Source: Candidatus Latescibacterota bacterium
Lineage (GTDB): Bacteria; Latescibacterota; UBA2968
Reading direction: 5' to 3'
Assembly (NCBI GenBank): GCA_965198115.1
Contig: OZ240241.1
Span: forward strand, 2,656,001-2,720,000
Length of the DNA: 64,000 nt
Both the position numbers and the translations under genes were made by a program. The notes under the pieces are model-generated. The model saw nothing but the letters and a program-made list of their open reading frames with translations, did not search any database and was not told the origin of the DNA. This document shows positions 8,212-19,063 of this stretch, piece by piece (the stretch's first letter is position 1; each line of letters starts with the position of its first letter).

Positions 8212-11200
8212 ATGTCATTGAACAACGCTCTCACTCAGCCTGCGCGTCCTGAGCACCACACGGCAGGACCGACCGACCTGCCCGACCGAATCCGGGATGG
8301 CCGCTCCCACCTGATCGGCGCGTGGAAGCGTCGCATCCTCGAAGATCCGTCCATACAGAAACGCGAGGATCACGACGAGACCGGGCCCCCCGAGCACTTC
8401 CTCGGCCTCATCCTCGAAGGCCTGGAGCATCCCGACGACTACGCAAACCTGAGGCGGCGCATTCGTGAGGGCGCCCTCGGAGCGCTCACCCCCGACGCCG
8501 CCTGCCGCTTCCTCCTCACACTCAAAACGATCCTCATCGAGTCGGGATTCGACCCTCACGAAACCCACGCCCGATTCGACGAGCTGCTCGTCCGGATCGC
8601 GCAATTCACGCACGAGCGTCGCTACGAGGAAATCCGTCAACAGGAGGCCGAGCGATCGCGCGCTCTCAATTTCCATCAGGACAGGCTGCAGACGCTGCTG
8701 GAAACCATGAACGAGGGGTTCACCGGTGTCGACGGCCTAGAGATGATCACCATTTTCAACCGTCGCATGGAGCAACTGACCGGCTACAGCCGGAAGGAGA
8801 TCATCGGCAAGCACATCTACAACCTCTACGCACCCGAGGCCCACGACGACATCCGTCGGCACCTGGACCGACGGCGTGGCGGCGAATCGTCCTCCTACCA
8901 GACGTTCATGCTCCACAAAGACGGACACCGCGTCCCGGTCCGCATTTCGGGCGCCCCCCTGCGCGATCACCACGACCGCCACATTGGGGCCTTCGCCGTC
9001 GTCACCGACATCAGCGAACAGGTGGAAGCCGAGGCCAAGCTCCGAGGCATCAACGAAGAGATCGCCCACCTCCTCGATCGGGAACGCAAACGAGCCGCCC
9101 ACTTCGCCATCGTCAACCAGGTTGCGCGGCTCGTTCTGTCGACACTCGATCCGAACGAAATCTTCGACCGCATCGTCCGGGCGGTGCGGGGCCACTTCCG
9201 ATATCACCACGCCACGCTGTTCCTGCTCGAAGGCGATGAACTCGTGATGAATGCCCAGGCTGGCGCCTACGAGCCCTACTTCTCCAAGGGCTACCGTCAG
9301 GCGCTCGGGACCGGCATTGTCGGTCACGTCGTGGCGTCGGGGGAGCCCTTGCTCGCGAACGACGTCGACCAGGAGCCCCGACGTGTACTCGCCTTTGCCG
9401 AAGAGGCCAACACGGGGGCCGAACTCTGCGTGCCCGTAAAGATCGGTAGCCGTGTTCTCGGCGCCATCGATGTTCAGACCGTCGACCGCCACCAGTTCGA
9501 CGAAAGTGACCTGACGTCGCTCCAGATTCTGGCCGACCAGCTCGCGTGGGTGATTCACAACGCGCGGCTCTACCAGGAGACCCTGCAGCTCAAAGAGTTC
9601 AACGAACAGGTTCTCCGAAATACACCGCTCCCGATCATCCTGCTCACGCCCGACTACCGTGTCGTGTCGGCCAACCAGAGCTACCTGATGCATCGAGGGA
9701 TGAGCGCCGAAGACCTCCTTGGGAAATCCCTCGACGAAGCGGTGCCCGATTCATTTCTCGTCACCGATGAAGGGCGCGAAGCCGTCGCCCAGGCCCTCAA
9801 GACAGGCGAGCCGCTCACACTCGAACGCCGGACCGTACCCCGCGGGGCCTTCCAGAACAGGATCGTCGACATCCGGATCTCCCGCGTCGTCGCACCAGAG
9901 GGACCGCCCCTCGCCCTGGTCGTAATCGAGGACCTGACCGAAACCCTCGACAAAGCCTACGAATCGTCGCTGCTGCGTCGAGTCGGACAGGTCATGCAGG
10001 GTATTCTGGACCTGGATCGTCTGCTCTACGCGATCCTCACGTGCGTCACCGCAGGCACAGCCCTCCGGTTCAACCGGGCCGTCCTCCTCCTCGTGAACGA
10101 CGAGAACGGCGTCCTCGAAGGAAAGATCGGCGTCGGACCTTCCAGCCCCGATGAAGCTACACAGATCTGGACAGAACTCGGTCCCCGCAACCTGACGGTC
10201 GACGAGATCCTCGCCGACTACGACGCCGAACCGGGTCGTGCGGATTCGCCGCTCACCCGTGCCGCTCGCGGCATCCGAATCGCCACCGACGATCCCGACG
10301 ATCTCCTCGCCCGGGCGATTCAGACACGCGAAACCTGTCTCGTGACCGAAGAAGACTCGCTGTCGATCAGCCCGACCCTCTGGTCCGCCCTCGGAACGCA
10401 CCACTTCGTCGCCGTGCCTCTCGTCACGCGCGACAGGGTTCTCGGGCTGATCCTCGCCGACAATCTCTACAGCGGCGCGCCCATCACCGAGGACAGCGTC
10501 GACCTGCTCACCGCCTTCGCGGGACACGCCGCGTTGGCGCTCGACAACGCCGAGCTGTATCATCAGCTTGAGGAACAGGTCTACGAAGTCGAGCGGGCTT
10601 ACGTCGAGCTCGAACGGACACAGGGCGAACTCGTTCAATCCGAACGACTGGCCGTCATCGGACAGATGTCGGCGCGGATTGCTCACGAGATTCGGAATCC
10701 CCTCGCCACCATCGGTGGCTTCGCGAATTCGATCCTGAAAAGACCCGACCCCGATCGCGTGCACCGGGCAGCCTCGATAATCGCCGACGAGGTGACACGC
10801 CTCGAGGCCTTGCTACGCGACACGCTGACCTTCACCCGGCCGACTCAGCCGAGCCTGTCACCAACCGATCTTCGTGGCCTCGTCGGCGAAGTGCGCGATC
10901 TCCTTGAGGAAGACCTCGAAATCTTCGGCATCGACTACGACGAGGGGATAGACCCCGAAACGCCGTTCCTCCAGCTCGACGCCGGCCAGATCAAGCAGGT
11001 CCTGATTAACATCACGCAGAACGCTGTTCAGGCCATGCCATCGGGTGGCGTCCTGACCGTTCGCGTTCATCGCACCGACGAAGAGGGTGTCCGACGCGTG
11101 AGGTTGACGGTGCAAGACACGGGTGATGGCATCAAGGCCGACGATCTCGAATCGATCTTCAGCCCGTTCTTCACGACGAAAACCTACGGAACCGGACTCG

Positions 11201-11307
11201 GTCTCGTGATCTCCAAGCAGATCATCGAAGACCACGGTGGACAGATCGCCGCCACGAGCACCTTCGGGCAGGGTACGACGATCTGCATCGATCTGCCGGA
11301 GGCCTGA
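8212..11307 (+). CDS. Multi-sensor cytoplasmic histidine kinase (helical N-domain-PAS-GAF-PAS-GAF-HisKA-HATPase)
   Basis: PAS (TGYSRKEIIGK, HKDG.RVPV), two GAF segments, AHEIRNPL, NITQNAVQAM, DTGDG, GTGLGL. Confidence 0.92.
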   Translation: MSLNNALTQPARPEHHTAGPTDLPDRIRDGRSHLIGAWKRRILEDPSIQKREDHDETGPPEHFLGLILEGLEHPDDYANLRRRIREGALGALTPDAACRFLLTLKTILIESGFDPHETHARFDELLVRIAQFTHERRYEEIRQQEAERSRALNFHQDRLQTLLETMNEGFTGVDGLEMITIFNRRMEQLTGYSRKEIIGKHIYNLYAPEAHDDIRRHLDRRRGGESSSYQTFMLHKDGHRVPVRISGAPLRDHHDRHIGAFAVVTDISEQVEAEAKLRGINEEIAHLLDRERKRAAHFAIVNQVARLVLSTLDPNEIFDRIVRAVRGHFRYHHATLFLLEGDELVMNAQAGAYEPYFSKGYRQALGTGIVGHVVASGEPLLANDVDQEPRRVLAFAEEANTGAELCVPVKIGSRVLGAIDVQTVDRHQFDESDLTSLQILADQLAWVIHNARLYQETLQLKEFNEQVLRNTPLPIILLTPDYRVVSANQSYLMHRGMSAEDLLGKSLDEAVPDSFLVTDEGREAVAQALKTGEPLTLERRTVPRGAFQNRIVDIRISRVVAPEGPPLALVVIEDLTETLDKAYESSLLRRVGQVMQGILDLDRLLYAILTCVTAGTALRFNRAVLLLVNDENGVLEGKIGVGPSSPDEATQIWTELGPRNLTVDEILADYDAEPGRADSPLTRAARGIRIATDDPDDLLARAIQTRETCLVTEEDSLSISPTLWSALGTHHFVAVPLVTRDRVLGLILADNLYSGAPITEDSVDLLTAFAGHAALALDNAELYHQLEEQVYEVERAYVELERTQGELVQSERLAVIGQMSARIAHEIRNPLATIGGFANSILKRPDPDRVHRAASIIADEVTRLEALLRDTLTFTRPTQPSLSPTDLRGLVGEVRDLLEEDLEIFGIDYDEGIDPETPFLQLDAGQIKQVLINITQNAVQAMPSGGVLTVRVHRTDEEGVRRVRLTVQDTGDGIKADDLESIFSPFFTTKTYGTGLGLVISKQIIEDHGGQIAATSTFGQGTTICIDLPEA

Positions 11308-11326
11308 CTTTCCTAGGAGCATCACC

Positions 11327-11695
11327 ATGGCACGACTACTCGTTGCAGACGACGACAAAAACCTGGCCCTGCTCTACGAGCAGGAACTGACCGATGTGGG
11401 CTACGACGTCGATGTCGTGCACGACGCGCGGCAGGCGATCGCCCGGGTCGAGTCGGACCCGCCCGATCTGCTCATCCTGGACATTCAGATGCCGGGAATG
11501 GACGGGATCGAGGCGCTCAGCCACATCCTGGGGAAGAACAATCAGCTGCCCGTCATCCTCAACACCGCCTACAGCAACTATAAAGACAACTTCATGACCT
11601 GGTCGGCCGACGCGTATGTGGTGAAATCCTCGGACCTGACCGAGCTGAAGACCACGATCGAGAGCATCCTCGAGCAACGATCTAACCATGCCTGA
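11327..11695 (+). CDS. Single-domain response regulator (CheY-like)
   Basis: LLVADDD, LILDIQMPGMDG, TAY, VVK; ATG at 11327 with SD aggag. Confidence 0.92.
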   Translation: MARLLVADDDKNLALLYEQELTDVGYDVDVVHDARQAIARVESDPPDLLILDIQMPGMDGIEALSHILGKNNQLPVILNTAYSNYKDNFMTWSADAYVVKSSDLTELKTTIESILEQRSNHA

Positions 11696-12916
11696 TGTGC
11701 CCGAACGAGCTCCCCTCCACCTCCTCCAGAACACGCTCACGTTCCTGCTCGCGGGCGGCCAGGGGGAACGACTCTACCCGCTCACCCGCGACAGGGCCAA
11801 GCCGGCGGTGCCTTTCGGGGGCGTCTACCGGATCGTCGACTTCACGCTCTCGAACTGCCTGAACTCGCATCTTCGCAAAATCTACGTGCTCACCCAGTAC
11901 CGCTCGAGCTCGCTCGACCACCACATTCAGGGTGGCTGGTCGATCCTTTCTCCGGAGCTCGGAGAATACGTGTTCACACTCCCCCCGCAGCTTCGACTGG
12001 CACAGAACTGGTATCGGGGAACGGCCGACGCCATCCTGCACAATCTCTACGTCCTCGAGCAGGAGCGTCCCGAGCGCGTCCTGATCGTGTCCGGCGATCA
12101 CGTCTACAAGATGGACTACGGTGCCATGGTGGCACGTCACCACGCCGCGCACGCCGAACTCACGATTGCCTGCATCGAGGTTCCTCTCGATGTAGCTCCG
12201 GAGCTCGGCATCATGCAGATCGATTCCGAAGGCCGAATCATCGGCTTCGAAGAAAAGCCCCAGAACCCGAAGCCCCTTCCCGGCAGCACCACGCACGCGC
12301 TGGCGTCCATGGGGGTCTACGTTTTCGAAACGGAGATCCTCGCCCGATACGTCTCCGAAGACGCCAAACGCGATACCGCCCACGATTTTGGAAAAAACAT
12401 CATCCCCGCCGTCGTAAAAAACGGGCAGGCCTTCGCATTCAACTTCAAAGACGGCAACCGCAACCCGACCGTCTACTGGCGAGACATCGGACTACTCGAC
12501 GCCTACTGGCAGGCCCACATGGACCTCGTCGAACCCGAACCGCCGTTCGACCTGTTCGATCCATCGTGGCCGATCCGGACCTACAATCCCCCGTGCCCGC
12601 CGACCGCCGCTCCGGCGAAGAAGGGGGCGTTCGTCACAGCATCATTTCGGGGGGGTGTATCATCCGGCGTGCCGACGTAACCCGATGCGTCCTGTCGAAC
12701 CGCGTCACCGTCGACCAGGGAGCCAAGCTGGAACAGTCCGTACTCTTGGAGGGCGCCAGAGTCGAACCGGGCGCGGAAGTGCGTCGCGCCATTCTCGACG
12801 AAGGCGTCAGGGTATCGTCGAACGCACGGATCGGGGTCGATCCGGCAAAGGACCGCGAACGCTTCACGACCACGCAGGGAGGTGTGGTCGTCGTTCCCAA
12901 GGGCATGGCGCTATAA
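11688..12916 (+). pseudogene. glgC: Glucose-1-phosphate adenylyltransferase with an apparent -1 frameshift near 12600-12630 (may be a sequencing error)
   Basis: LAGGQGERLYPLTRDRAKPAVPFGG, GDHVYKMDY, FEEKP, HDFGKNIIP, YWRDIG; the beta-helix (SIISGGCII...GVVVVPKG) is in the 12566-12916 frame. Confidence 0.88.
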
Positions 12917-15582
12917 TGGCGGAGACGACCGAAACCATACACGATCTGTCCCAGGCGCTTTCGAAGGCCAACCACGGACAGGCCAGGCTCGGCGCGCTCA
13001 GAAAGTTCGTCGACGACACGTGGGAAAGGGCCCAGAGTCGTCACGCCGCAGGGGAATCGGGACTCGAGGTCGTTACGTCCCTGACCGCGGCAATCGACCG
13101 ACTCGTACACACACTCTTCGTCGAGGCCGTCGAAACCCACGGCGTGCCCGACTCGGCCGGCTACGCCGTCATCGCGCTCGGTGGCTACGGCCGCGGCCAC
13201 CTCAGTCCAGGTTCAGACATCGACCTCCTCTTCCTGTTCGGTCGCGTCACCGAGGGCGACCCGGTCACACGGTCCATCCTCCACACATTGTGGGATCTAC
13301 GCTTCGAGGTCGGTTATAGCACGAGAACCGTTTCCGACTGCGTGACCGCCGGGCAGGAGGACGTGGAATCGCTCACGTCCATGCTCGAAAGCCGGCTACT
13401 CGCCGGCGACCCCGACCTTTTCGGCACCTACCGAACCACGATCGAATCGCGATTCACGGGACGCCGGGCGCGGGGCTTCGTACAGCAGAAAATTCGTGAA
13501 CGCGAGCAACGCCATCTTCGCGCTGGGCTTTCCGTCCAGCTCCAGGAGCCCAACCTGAAGGAGAATCCGGGTGGCCTCCGCGACACCCACACAGTCGGCT
13601 GGCTCCTGAAGGCCCGGCGAAACACCGTAGCCCCCGACGGACTGCTCCAAGAGCGACTGCTCAACAGAAGGAGCTACAACGCCTACGTCGAGGCCTTCGA
13701 CTTCCTGCTCCGCATCCGAAGCCAGCTGCATTTCCAAACCGGCAAGAAACACGATGTCCTGGATTACGATCTTCAACCACAGGTTGCTTCGGCGCTGGGC
13801 TACAGGAGTGAAGGTGAAGAACTCGCGGTCGAACGCTTCATGCGGGACTACTACCTTCACGCCAGGACCATCAACCACCTCACCGATCTCGTCTGCGAAC
13901 GACTGAAGACCCAGCCGTCGATGAACCGAGCCGTCGACCTCATCGTCCGAAGAGAACTGGACGATGGCGCTCTGCTCTCCCACACACGTGTCCAGCTGCC
14001 CAAGCGGCGAAGGACCTTCTTCGAAGACGACCCTCATCGCCTGCTCAGCCTGTTCCTCGACGCCCAGAGCTTCGGGGCTCACATCAACGAAGCGGCCCAG
14101 CAGGGCATCAAGGACAATCTTCACCTGATCGACGACACCCTCAGGACATCACCCAAGGCCGCCAAAATTTTCCTCGACATCCTGCGCGGGCCCTTAGCGG
14201 TCGCAGCGACACTGCGCCAGATGCACGAGCTCGGCGTCCTCGGCGCCTACATCCCGGAGTTCGGGGGGTTGACCTGCCTCGTACAGTACAACCTCTACCA
14301 CGTATACACGGCCGACGAACACACACTCGTCGCCCTGCAGAATCTCGAAAGACTCGGAGACGAGACCCAGCCGCAGGACTTACGCTCCCTCCATCGTGTT
14401 TTTCGCGAAGTCGCCCGCCCCGAGCTGCTCTACCTGGGCTTGCTGCTCCACGATGCGGGCAAGGCTGTCCGCGGCGAGGATCACAGCGTCGTTGGCGCCG
14501 AAATGGCCAGAAACTTCCTCACACGTCTGGGCATGCCCGAGGCCCACATCGCGACCGTCGAACGCCTGGTCCTCAAGCACCTGACCATGTCGCACATATC
14601 GCAGCGTCGCGACCTCGACGACGAAAGTCTGTTGCAGGAGTTCGCCGAGGAGGTGGACGACCCCCACACGCTTCGCATGCTGTATCTCCTGACGTATGCG
14701 GATCTGTCCGCGGTCACCCGCACCGCGTGGACGGCCTGGAAGGGGCACCTGCTCTGGGAACTGTTCGTCAAGGCCTTCAACCACCTGACGGGGCACGAGC
14801 GGTTGGGCGAAAGCCAGAGACATCAGGAGAACGTGACCGCGCTGGTCGAAGGGTTGTCCGACCGGTACGAGCCCAACGTGGTCCGCGATCATCTCGAACG
14901 TCTGCCGCCACGCTACGCCGAAACCAGCAGCGAGGAAGAGATCGCCCGCCACCTCGACATGATCGAGGAACTCGCTACCCACACGGCGTCCATCCGGTTC
15001 ACGCGGTCGGGGCTCTTTACCGAAGTCGTCCTCTGCACTCACGACCACCCCTATAGACTCTCCCAGATCTGCGGGGTGCTCGCCACGAATGACCTCAGCG
15101 TATTCAGCGCACAGGCCTACACACGAGCCGACGGGGCCGTGCTCGACACGTTCCAGGTCACCGGCCCCGATGGCACCGCCGAGGTCGAAGACACGCGAAA
15201 GAAGCGCTTCATCGAGCAGCTCATCGACGTCCTCGAGCAAAAAACGCCCGTCAGCGACCTCTTCGATCGCCACCGGGAGCGATGGTCACGCCGTCGGCGA
15301 CCCACATACGGTTCGAACGTGGAAGTTCGTGTGGAAAACGACGTCTCCGACGAGCACACAGTCATCGACATCTTCGCCCCCGACGAGACCGGTCTGCTCT
15401 TCAGGATCACGCAGGCCCTCTCCGACTTCGACCTGGATATCGCCACCGCCCGGATCGGGACTCAAGCCGACAGGGCCATCGACGCCTTCTACGTCCGCCA
15501 CAAGAGAGACGGCAAGATCGCCGACCCGGAGCGCCTTGAAGCGCTCCAAACACAACTCCTTCAAAAACTGACCGATACCTAA
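12916..15582 (+). CDS. glnD: [Protein-PII] uridylyltransferase/uridylyl-removing enzyme
   Basis: ALGGYGRG.LSPGSDIDL, EPNLKENPGGLRD, YH.YT.DEH, LLHD.GK (HD domain), two ACT domains; TAATG overlap with glgC. Confidence 0.96.
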   Translation: MAETTETIHDLSQALSKANHGQARLGALRKFVDDTWERAQSRHAAGESGLEVVTSLTAAIDRLVHTLFVEAVETHGVPDSAGYAVIALGGYGRGHLSPGSDIDLLFLFGRVTEGDPVTRSILHTLWDLRFEVGYSTRTVSDCVTAGQEDVESLTSMLESRLLAGDPDLFGTYRTTIESRFTGRRARGFVQQKIREREQRHLRAGLSVQLQEPNLKENPGGLRDTHTVGWLLKARRNTVAPDGLLQERLLNRRSYNAYVEAFDFLLRIRSQLHFQTGKKHDVLDYDLQPQVASALGYRSEGEELAVERFMRDYYLHARTINHLTDLVCERLKTQPSMNRAVDLIVRRELDDGALLSHTRVQLPKRRRTFFEDDPHRLLSLFLDAQSFGAHINEAAQQGIKDNLHLIDDTLRTSPKAAKIFLDILRGPLAVAATLRQMHELGVLGAYIPEFGGLTCLVQYNLYHVYTADEHTLVALQNLERLGDETQPQDLRSLHRVFREVARPELLYLGLLLHDAGKAVRGEDHSVVGAEMARNFLTRLGMPEAHIATVERLVLKHLTMSHISQRRDLDDESLLQEFAEEVDDPHTLRMLYLLTYADLSAVTRTAWTAWKGHLLWELFVKAFNHLTGHERLGESQRHQENVTALVEGLSDRYEPNVVRDHLERLPPRYAETSSEEEIARHLDMIEELATHTASIRFTRSGLFTEVVLCTHDHPYRLSQICGVLATNDLSVFSAQAYTRADGAVLDTFQVTGPDGTAEVEDTRKKRFIEQLIDVLEQKTPVSDLFDRHRERWSRRRRPTYGSNVEVRVENDVSDEHTVIDIFAPDETGLLFRITQALSDFDLDIATARIGTQADRAIDAFYVRHKRDGKIADPERLEALQTQLLQKLTDT

Positions 15583-15849
15583 AAAATCCTTGACAAGGCC
15601 CGACACATGCCTTACTTCTTTTGTATCTGTCTACCACCATATCTTAATTTTGAGGCTTGGGCCTCGCCCCCATCCGCATCAATCCTCCTGAATTTCAAAC
15701 CGATCCTCGCAGCCTAAATCGATCGATCCCCTGACCAACCTGACCTAGTCCGACAAACCGCTCGATTCCGAATCTGTCGCCATTCCCCGTTCCGGGGCAC
15801 CCCCTACCGGGACCGCATCGCTACGCGCAACACAGAAGGACCTTACGAG

Positions 15850-17136
15850 TTGCCTATGGAAAAGCAGAAACCCGATAAACTCGACATCCTCGAGCTTCAG
15901 GAAATGACCATTCCCGAGCTCAGCAAGCTGGCCGGAAACCTTGGGATCAACGGCTACAGCAGCCTCCGCAAGCAGGAGTTGATTTTCTCGATCTTGCAGG
16001 CGCAGACCGAGCGGAGCGGGCTCATATTCGCGCAGGGCGTCCTGGAGATCCTCGAGGACGGGTTTGGATTCCTCCGATCGCCCAAGTACAACTACCTGCC
16101 GGGCCCCGACGACATCTACGTCTCACACTCTCAGATCAAGCGGTTCAACCTCCGAACGGGCGATACCGTCTCCGGTCAAATCCGCCCTCCCAAGGGCGAC
16201 GAAAAATACTTCGCCCTCATCAGGGTCGAGGCCGTCAACCTCACCGACCCCGAAAAAGCCAAACAGAAGATCATCTTCGACAACCTCACCCCTCTGCATC
16301 CGACCGAGCAGATTAAACTCGAGCACAACAGGGGTGAGCTTTCAACCCGGGTTATGAACCTCCTCACGCCCATCGGGAAGGGCCAGCGAGGCATGATCGT
16401 CGCTCCCCCGTTCACGGGTAAGACGATGCTGCTGCAAAAAATCGCGAACGCGATCACGCACAATCATCCCGACATCTCGCTCATCGTATTGCTCATCGAC
16501 GAGCGACCGGAGGAAGTCACGGATATGCTCCGCTCGGTCAAGGGCGAGGTCATCAGCTCCACGTTCGACGAGCCCCCGACACGCCACGTCCAGGTCGCCG
16601 ACATGGTCATCGAGAAAGCCAAACGCCTGGTCGAACACCAGCAAGACGTCGTTATCCTTCTCGACAGCATCACGCGACTGGCGCGCGCCTACAACATGGT
16701 CGTTCCTCACAGCGGCCGGATCCTGACGGGCGGTCTGGATTCGAGCGCCATGCAATGGCCCAAACGGTTCTTCGGCGCCGCACGTAATATCGAGGAGGGA
16801 GGCAGCCTCACCATCGTGGCCACCGCCCTCGTCGAGACAGGCAGCCGGATGGACGACGTGATCTTCGAGGAATTCAAGGGCACGGGCAACATGGAGCTCA
16901 AGCTCGACCGTCGGCTCAGCAACAGGCGGGTGTTCCCAGCGATCGATGTCACGCAATCGAGCACGCGAAAGGAAGAGCTGCTCCTGGGCGAAAAGGAGCT
17001 GAACCGCGTCTGGATTCTGCGCAAGCTGCTCAACCAGATGCCCATCATCGAGGCGATGGAATTCCTTCAGGAACGGATGGGTCACAGCGAGACGAACGAA
17101 GAGTTCCTGGCCTCCATGAACGAACCCGTTTTGTAA
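15850..17136 (+). CDS. rho: Transcription termination factor Rho
   Basis: [60 protein letters not shown]. Confidence 0.98.
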   Translation: MPMEKQKPDKLDILELQEMTIPELSKLAGNLGINGYSSLRKQELIFSILQAQTERSGLIFAQGVLEILEDGFGFLRSPKYNYLPGPDDIYVSHSQIKRFNLRTGDTVSGQIRPPKGDEKYFALIRVEAVNLTDPEKAKQKIIFDNLTPLHPTEQIKLEHNRGELSTRVMNLLTPIGKGQRGMIVAPPFTGKTMLLQKIANAITHNHPDISLIVLLIDERPEEVTDMLRSVKGEVISSTFDEPPTRHVQVADMVIEKAKRLVEHQQDVVILLDSITRLARAYNMVVPHSGRILTGGLDSSAMQWPKRFFGAARNIEEGGSLTIVATALVETGSRMDDVIFEEFKGTGNMELKLDRRLSNRRVFPAIDVTQSSTRKEELLLGEKELNRVWILRKLLNQMPIIEAMEFLQERMGHSETNEEFLASMNEPVL

Positions 17137-17144
17137 CCCCAAAA

Positions 17145-17173
17145 TTGCGCAGAACATCCCGGTTGGCTATATT
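17145..17173 (+). promoter_or_regulatory. sigma70-type promoter for rpmE
   Basis: TTGCGC-17 bp-TATATT. Confidence 0.55.
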
Positions 17174-17221
17174 TCTCGCCTTGAGATTCACCAACTGCTG
17201 ATTCGTCGATCAGAGGCTTAT

Positions 17222-17581
17222 ATGAAAGATGCCATTCATCCGCAGTACCACGACGTCGTTTTCATGGACGCCAGTGTGACCCCCCCCTTTCGGATTCTCA
17301 CACGGTCCACTCGCACGTCGGAGGAAACCACCGAGTGGGAAGATGGAAACACCTACCCGCTCATTCGCGTGGAAATCTCCTCGGCTTCGCACCCCTTCTA
17401 CACGGGGAAGATGAAGCTCGTCGACTCGGCCGGCATGGTCGACCGATTCCGCCGCCGCTACGGAATCACCTCGGACGACGATGAGGCCGAAGCGGACACG
17501 CCTGACTCACCCGCGACGGACGATCAGCCGCAGGCCGAGACGCAACCCGAAGGGGAAGCTGCCACGCAGGCCGATAGCTAG
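17222..17581 (+). CDS. rpmE: 50S ribosomal protein bL31, type B (Zn-free), with acidic C-terminal tail
   Basis: MK..IHP.Y..VVF.D, EWEDG..YP...[14 protein letters not shown]...VDSAG.VDRF..RYG; no CxxC. Confidence 0.93.
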   Translation: MKDAIHPQYHDVVFMDASVTPPFRILTRSTRTSEETTEWEDGNTYPLIRVEISSASHPFYTGKMKLVDSAGMVDRFRRRYGITSDDDEAEADTPDSPATDDQPQAETQPEGEAATQADS

Positions 17582-17600
17582 CCATCGCGTGTTGAACAGC

Positions 17601-17640
17601 AAGGTGGACGAGTGCCTTAGCGCACGCGTCCACCTTTTTT
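17601..17640 (+). terminator. Intrinsic terminator after rpmE
   Basis: Stem aaggtggacg-a-gtgc/gcac-g-cgtccacctt running into T6. Confidence 0.8.
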
Positions 17641-17643
17641 ATT

Positions 17644-19063
17644 GGCTCTATCCGGGTTTCTCAACGGTGAAACTATAGAATGACAAGGTCATAGATCGTT
17701 CCCTACGCTTGGTTGTGTGTGTAGGACAATCAAAGCGAAGGGGGTGCGACCTATGACCGGGAGCAGATTACTATCGAAACTGCTGAGATTCAAGGGGTTC
17801 CGTGTTGTCAGCTGGTGGTTTGAGGGGAGAAGCTGTTTCGTCATCGCCGTAAAGCCACATAAGAATGGTTGTTGTTGTCCGGAGTGCGGCCGTCGAGGTA
17901 AAATCGTCCGCACAATGCCCCATCCGCGTCGGTGGCGTGACATTCCGGTGTGCGGGTGGAGGGTCTGGCTTCTCTACCATCCTCGGGAGATTCGGTGTCC
18001 TACCCACGGTCGTGTGGTCGAGGAGATTCCGTGGGCGGAGCGGTTCTCTCGGGTGACGTATCGCTTCGAGTATGCCATGCTGCGCTACTGCCAGACCATG
18101 ACGCAGAAGGCGGCGTCCGAGTTGCTGCGCATCTCTGCCTCGACGCTGTCGGATCTCCTTCACCGATCCATCACGCGGCTTCGTGAAGGTCATCGTATCC
18201 GAGGGCTCAAAACCATCGGGATCGACGAGATCTCCTACGCCAAGCGTCACAGGTACGCCACGCTCGTTTACGATCTGGACCGCTCCTGCGTGGTGTGGGT
18301 TGGCCGCGGCAGGGCGCGTAAAACGATCGATCGGTTCTTCACAGAGGCTCTCAGTCCCTACCGGAGATCCAAGATCGAGTGGGCCTGCTGCGACATGAGC
18401 GAAGCTTACATCGGAGCCATCCAGGAACACTGTCCGAATGCCAAGCTGGTCCTCGATCGCTTTCACATCGTCAAGGCTCTCAATGCCGCCGTTGACGAGG
18501 TCCGTAAGGACCAGTGGCGTAAAGCTGCCCCGGATGAGCGCAAAGCCATGAAGGGCCTCCGATGGCTCCTCTACCGGCACTCAGCGACACGCTCCAGAGG
18601 GGATACTCGGACACTCAAAGCACTGGAGAAGGCGAACTACCGAATCTATAGAGCCTGGAGACTCAAGGACGAGTTCGAGCAGTTCTGGGAATACAAAGCG
18701 CCCTGGGCTGCCGAACGCTTCCTGAAATGCTGGACGACGTCCGCACTCAGAAGTCGACTTGAACCCCTGCGAAAGTTCGTCAGGACCCTGCGACAGCACT
18801 TCTTCGGCGTCCTCGCATTCGTGAACACGCGTCTTACCAACGCCATCGCCGAAGGCCTCAACCGAATCGTCCAAATCGTCAAGAACCGAGCCAGCGGATT
18901 CCGCACACTCGACGCATTCAACGATATGATCTTCCTTACCGTCGGAGACATAAACATCCCTGAGCAGATTCCGAAGAGGTTCCGCACACGCTAACCGCGC
19001 CCCCATGCCAGGAACCACGGCACCTTCACCCACTTCATCTCGTTGAGAGATCCGGATATAGCC
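17644..19063 (+). mobile_element. ISL3-family insertion sequence (1420 bp)
   Basis: IRL ggctctatccgggtttctcaacg vs IRR (reverse complement) ggctatatccggatctctcaacg, 20/23 identical; flanks tttttatt / cttttatt (7/8 target duplication). Confidence 0.92.
17753..18994 (+). CDS. ISL3-family transposase
   Basis: Zn finger CPECG...CPTHG; GIDE, CDMS, DRFHI and AEGLN DDE motifs. Confidence 0.93.
   Translation: MTGSRLLSKLLRFKGFRVVSWWFEGRSCFVIAVKPHKNGCCCPECGRRGKIVRTMPHPRRWRDIPVCGWRVWLLYHPREIRCPTHGRVVEEIPWAERFSRVTYRFEYAMLRYCQTMTQKAASELLRISASTLSDLLHRSITRLREGHRIRGLKTIGIDEISYAKRHRYATLVYDLDRSCVVWVGRGRARKTIDRFFTEALSPYRRSKIEWACCDMSEAYIGAIQEHCPNAKLVLDRFHIVKALNAAVDEVRKDQWRKAAPDERKAMKGLRWLLYRHSATRSRGDTRTLKALEKANYRIYRAWRLKDEFEQFWEYKAPWAAERFLKCWTTSALRSRLEPLRKFVRTLRQHFFGVLAFVNTRLTNAIAEGLNRIVQIVKNRASGFRTLDAFNDMIFLTVGDINIPEQIPKRFRTR

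Noticed and set aside
12649-12656. Programmed -1 frameshift at the G7 run in glgC
   Set aside because: The conserved SIIS segment upstream of this run is already in the shifted frame, so the switch must occur earlier
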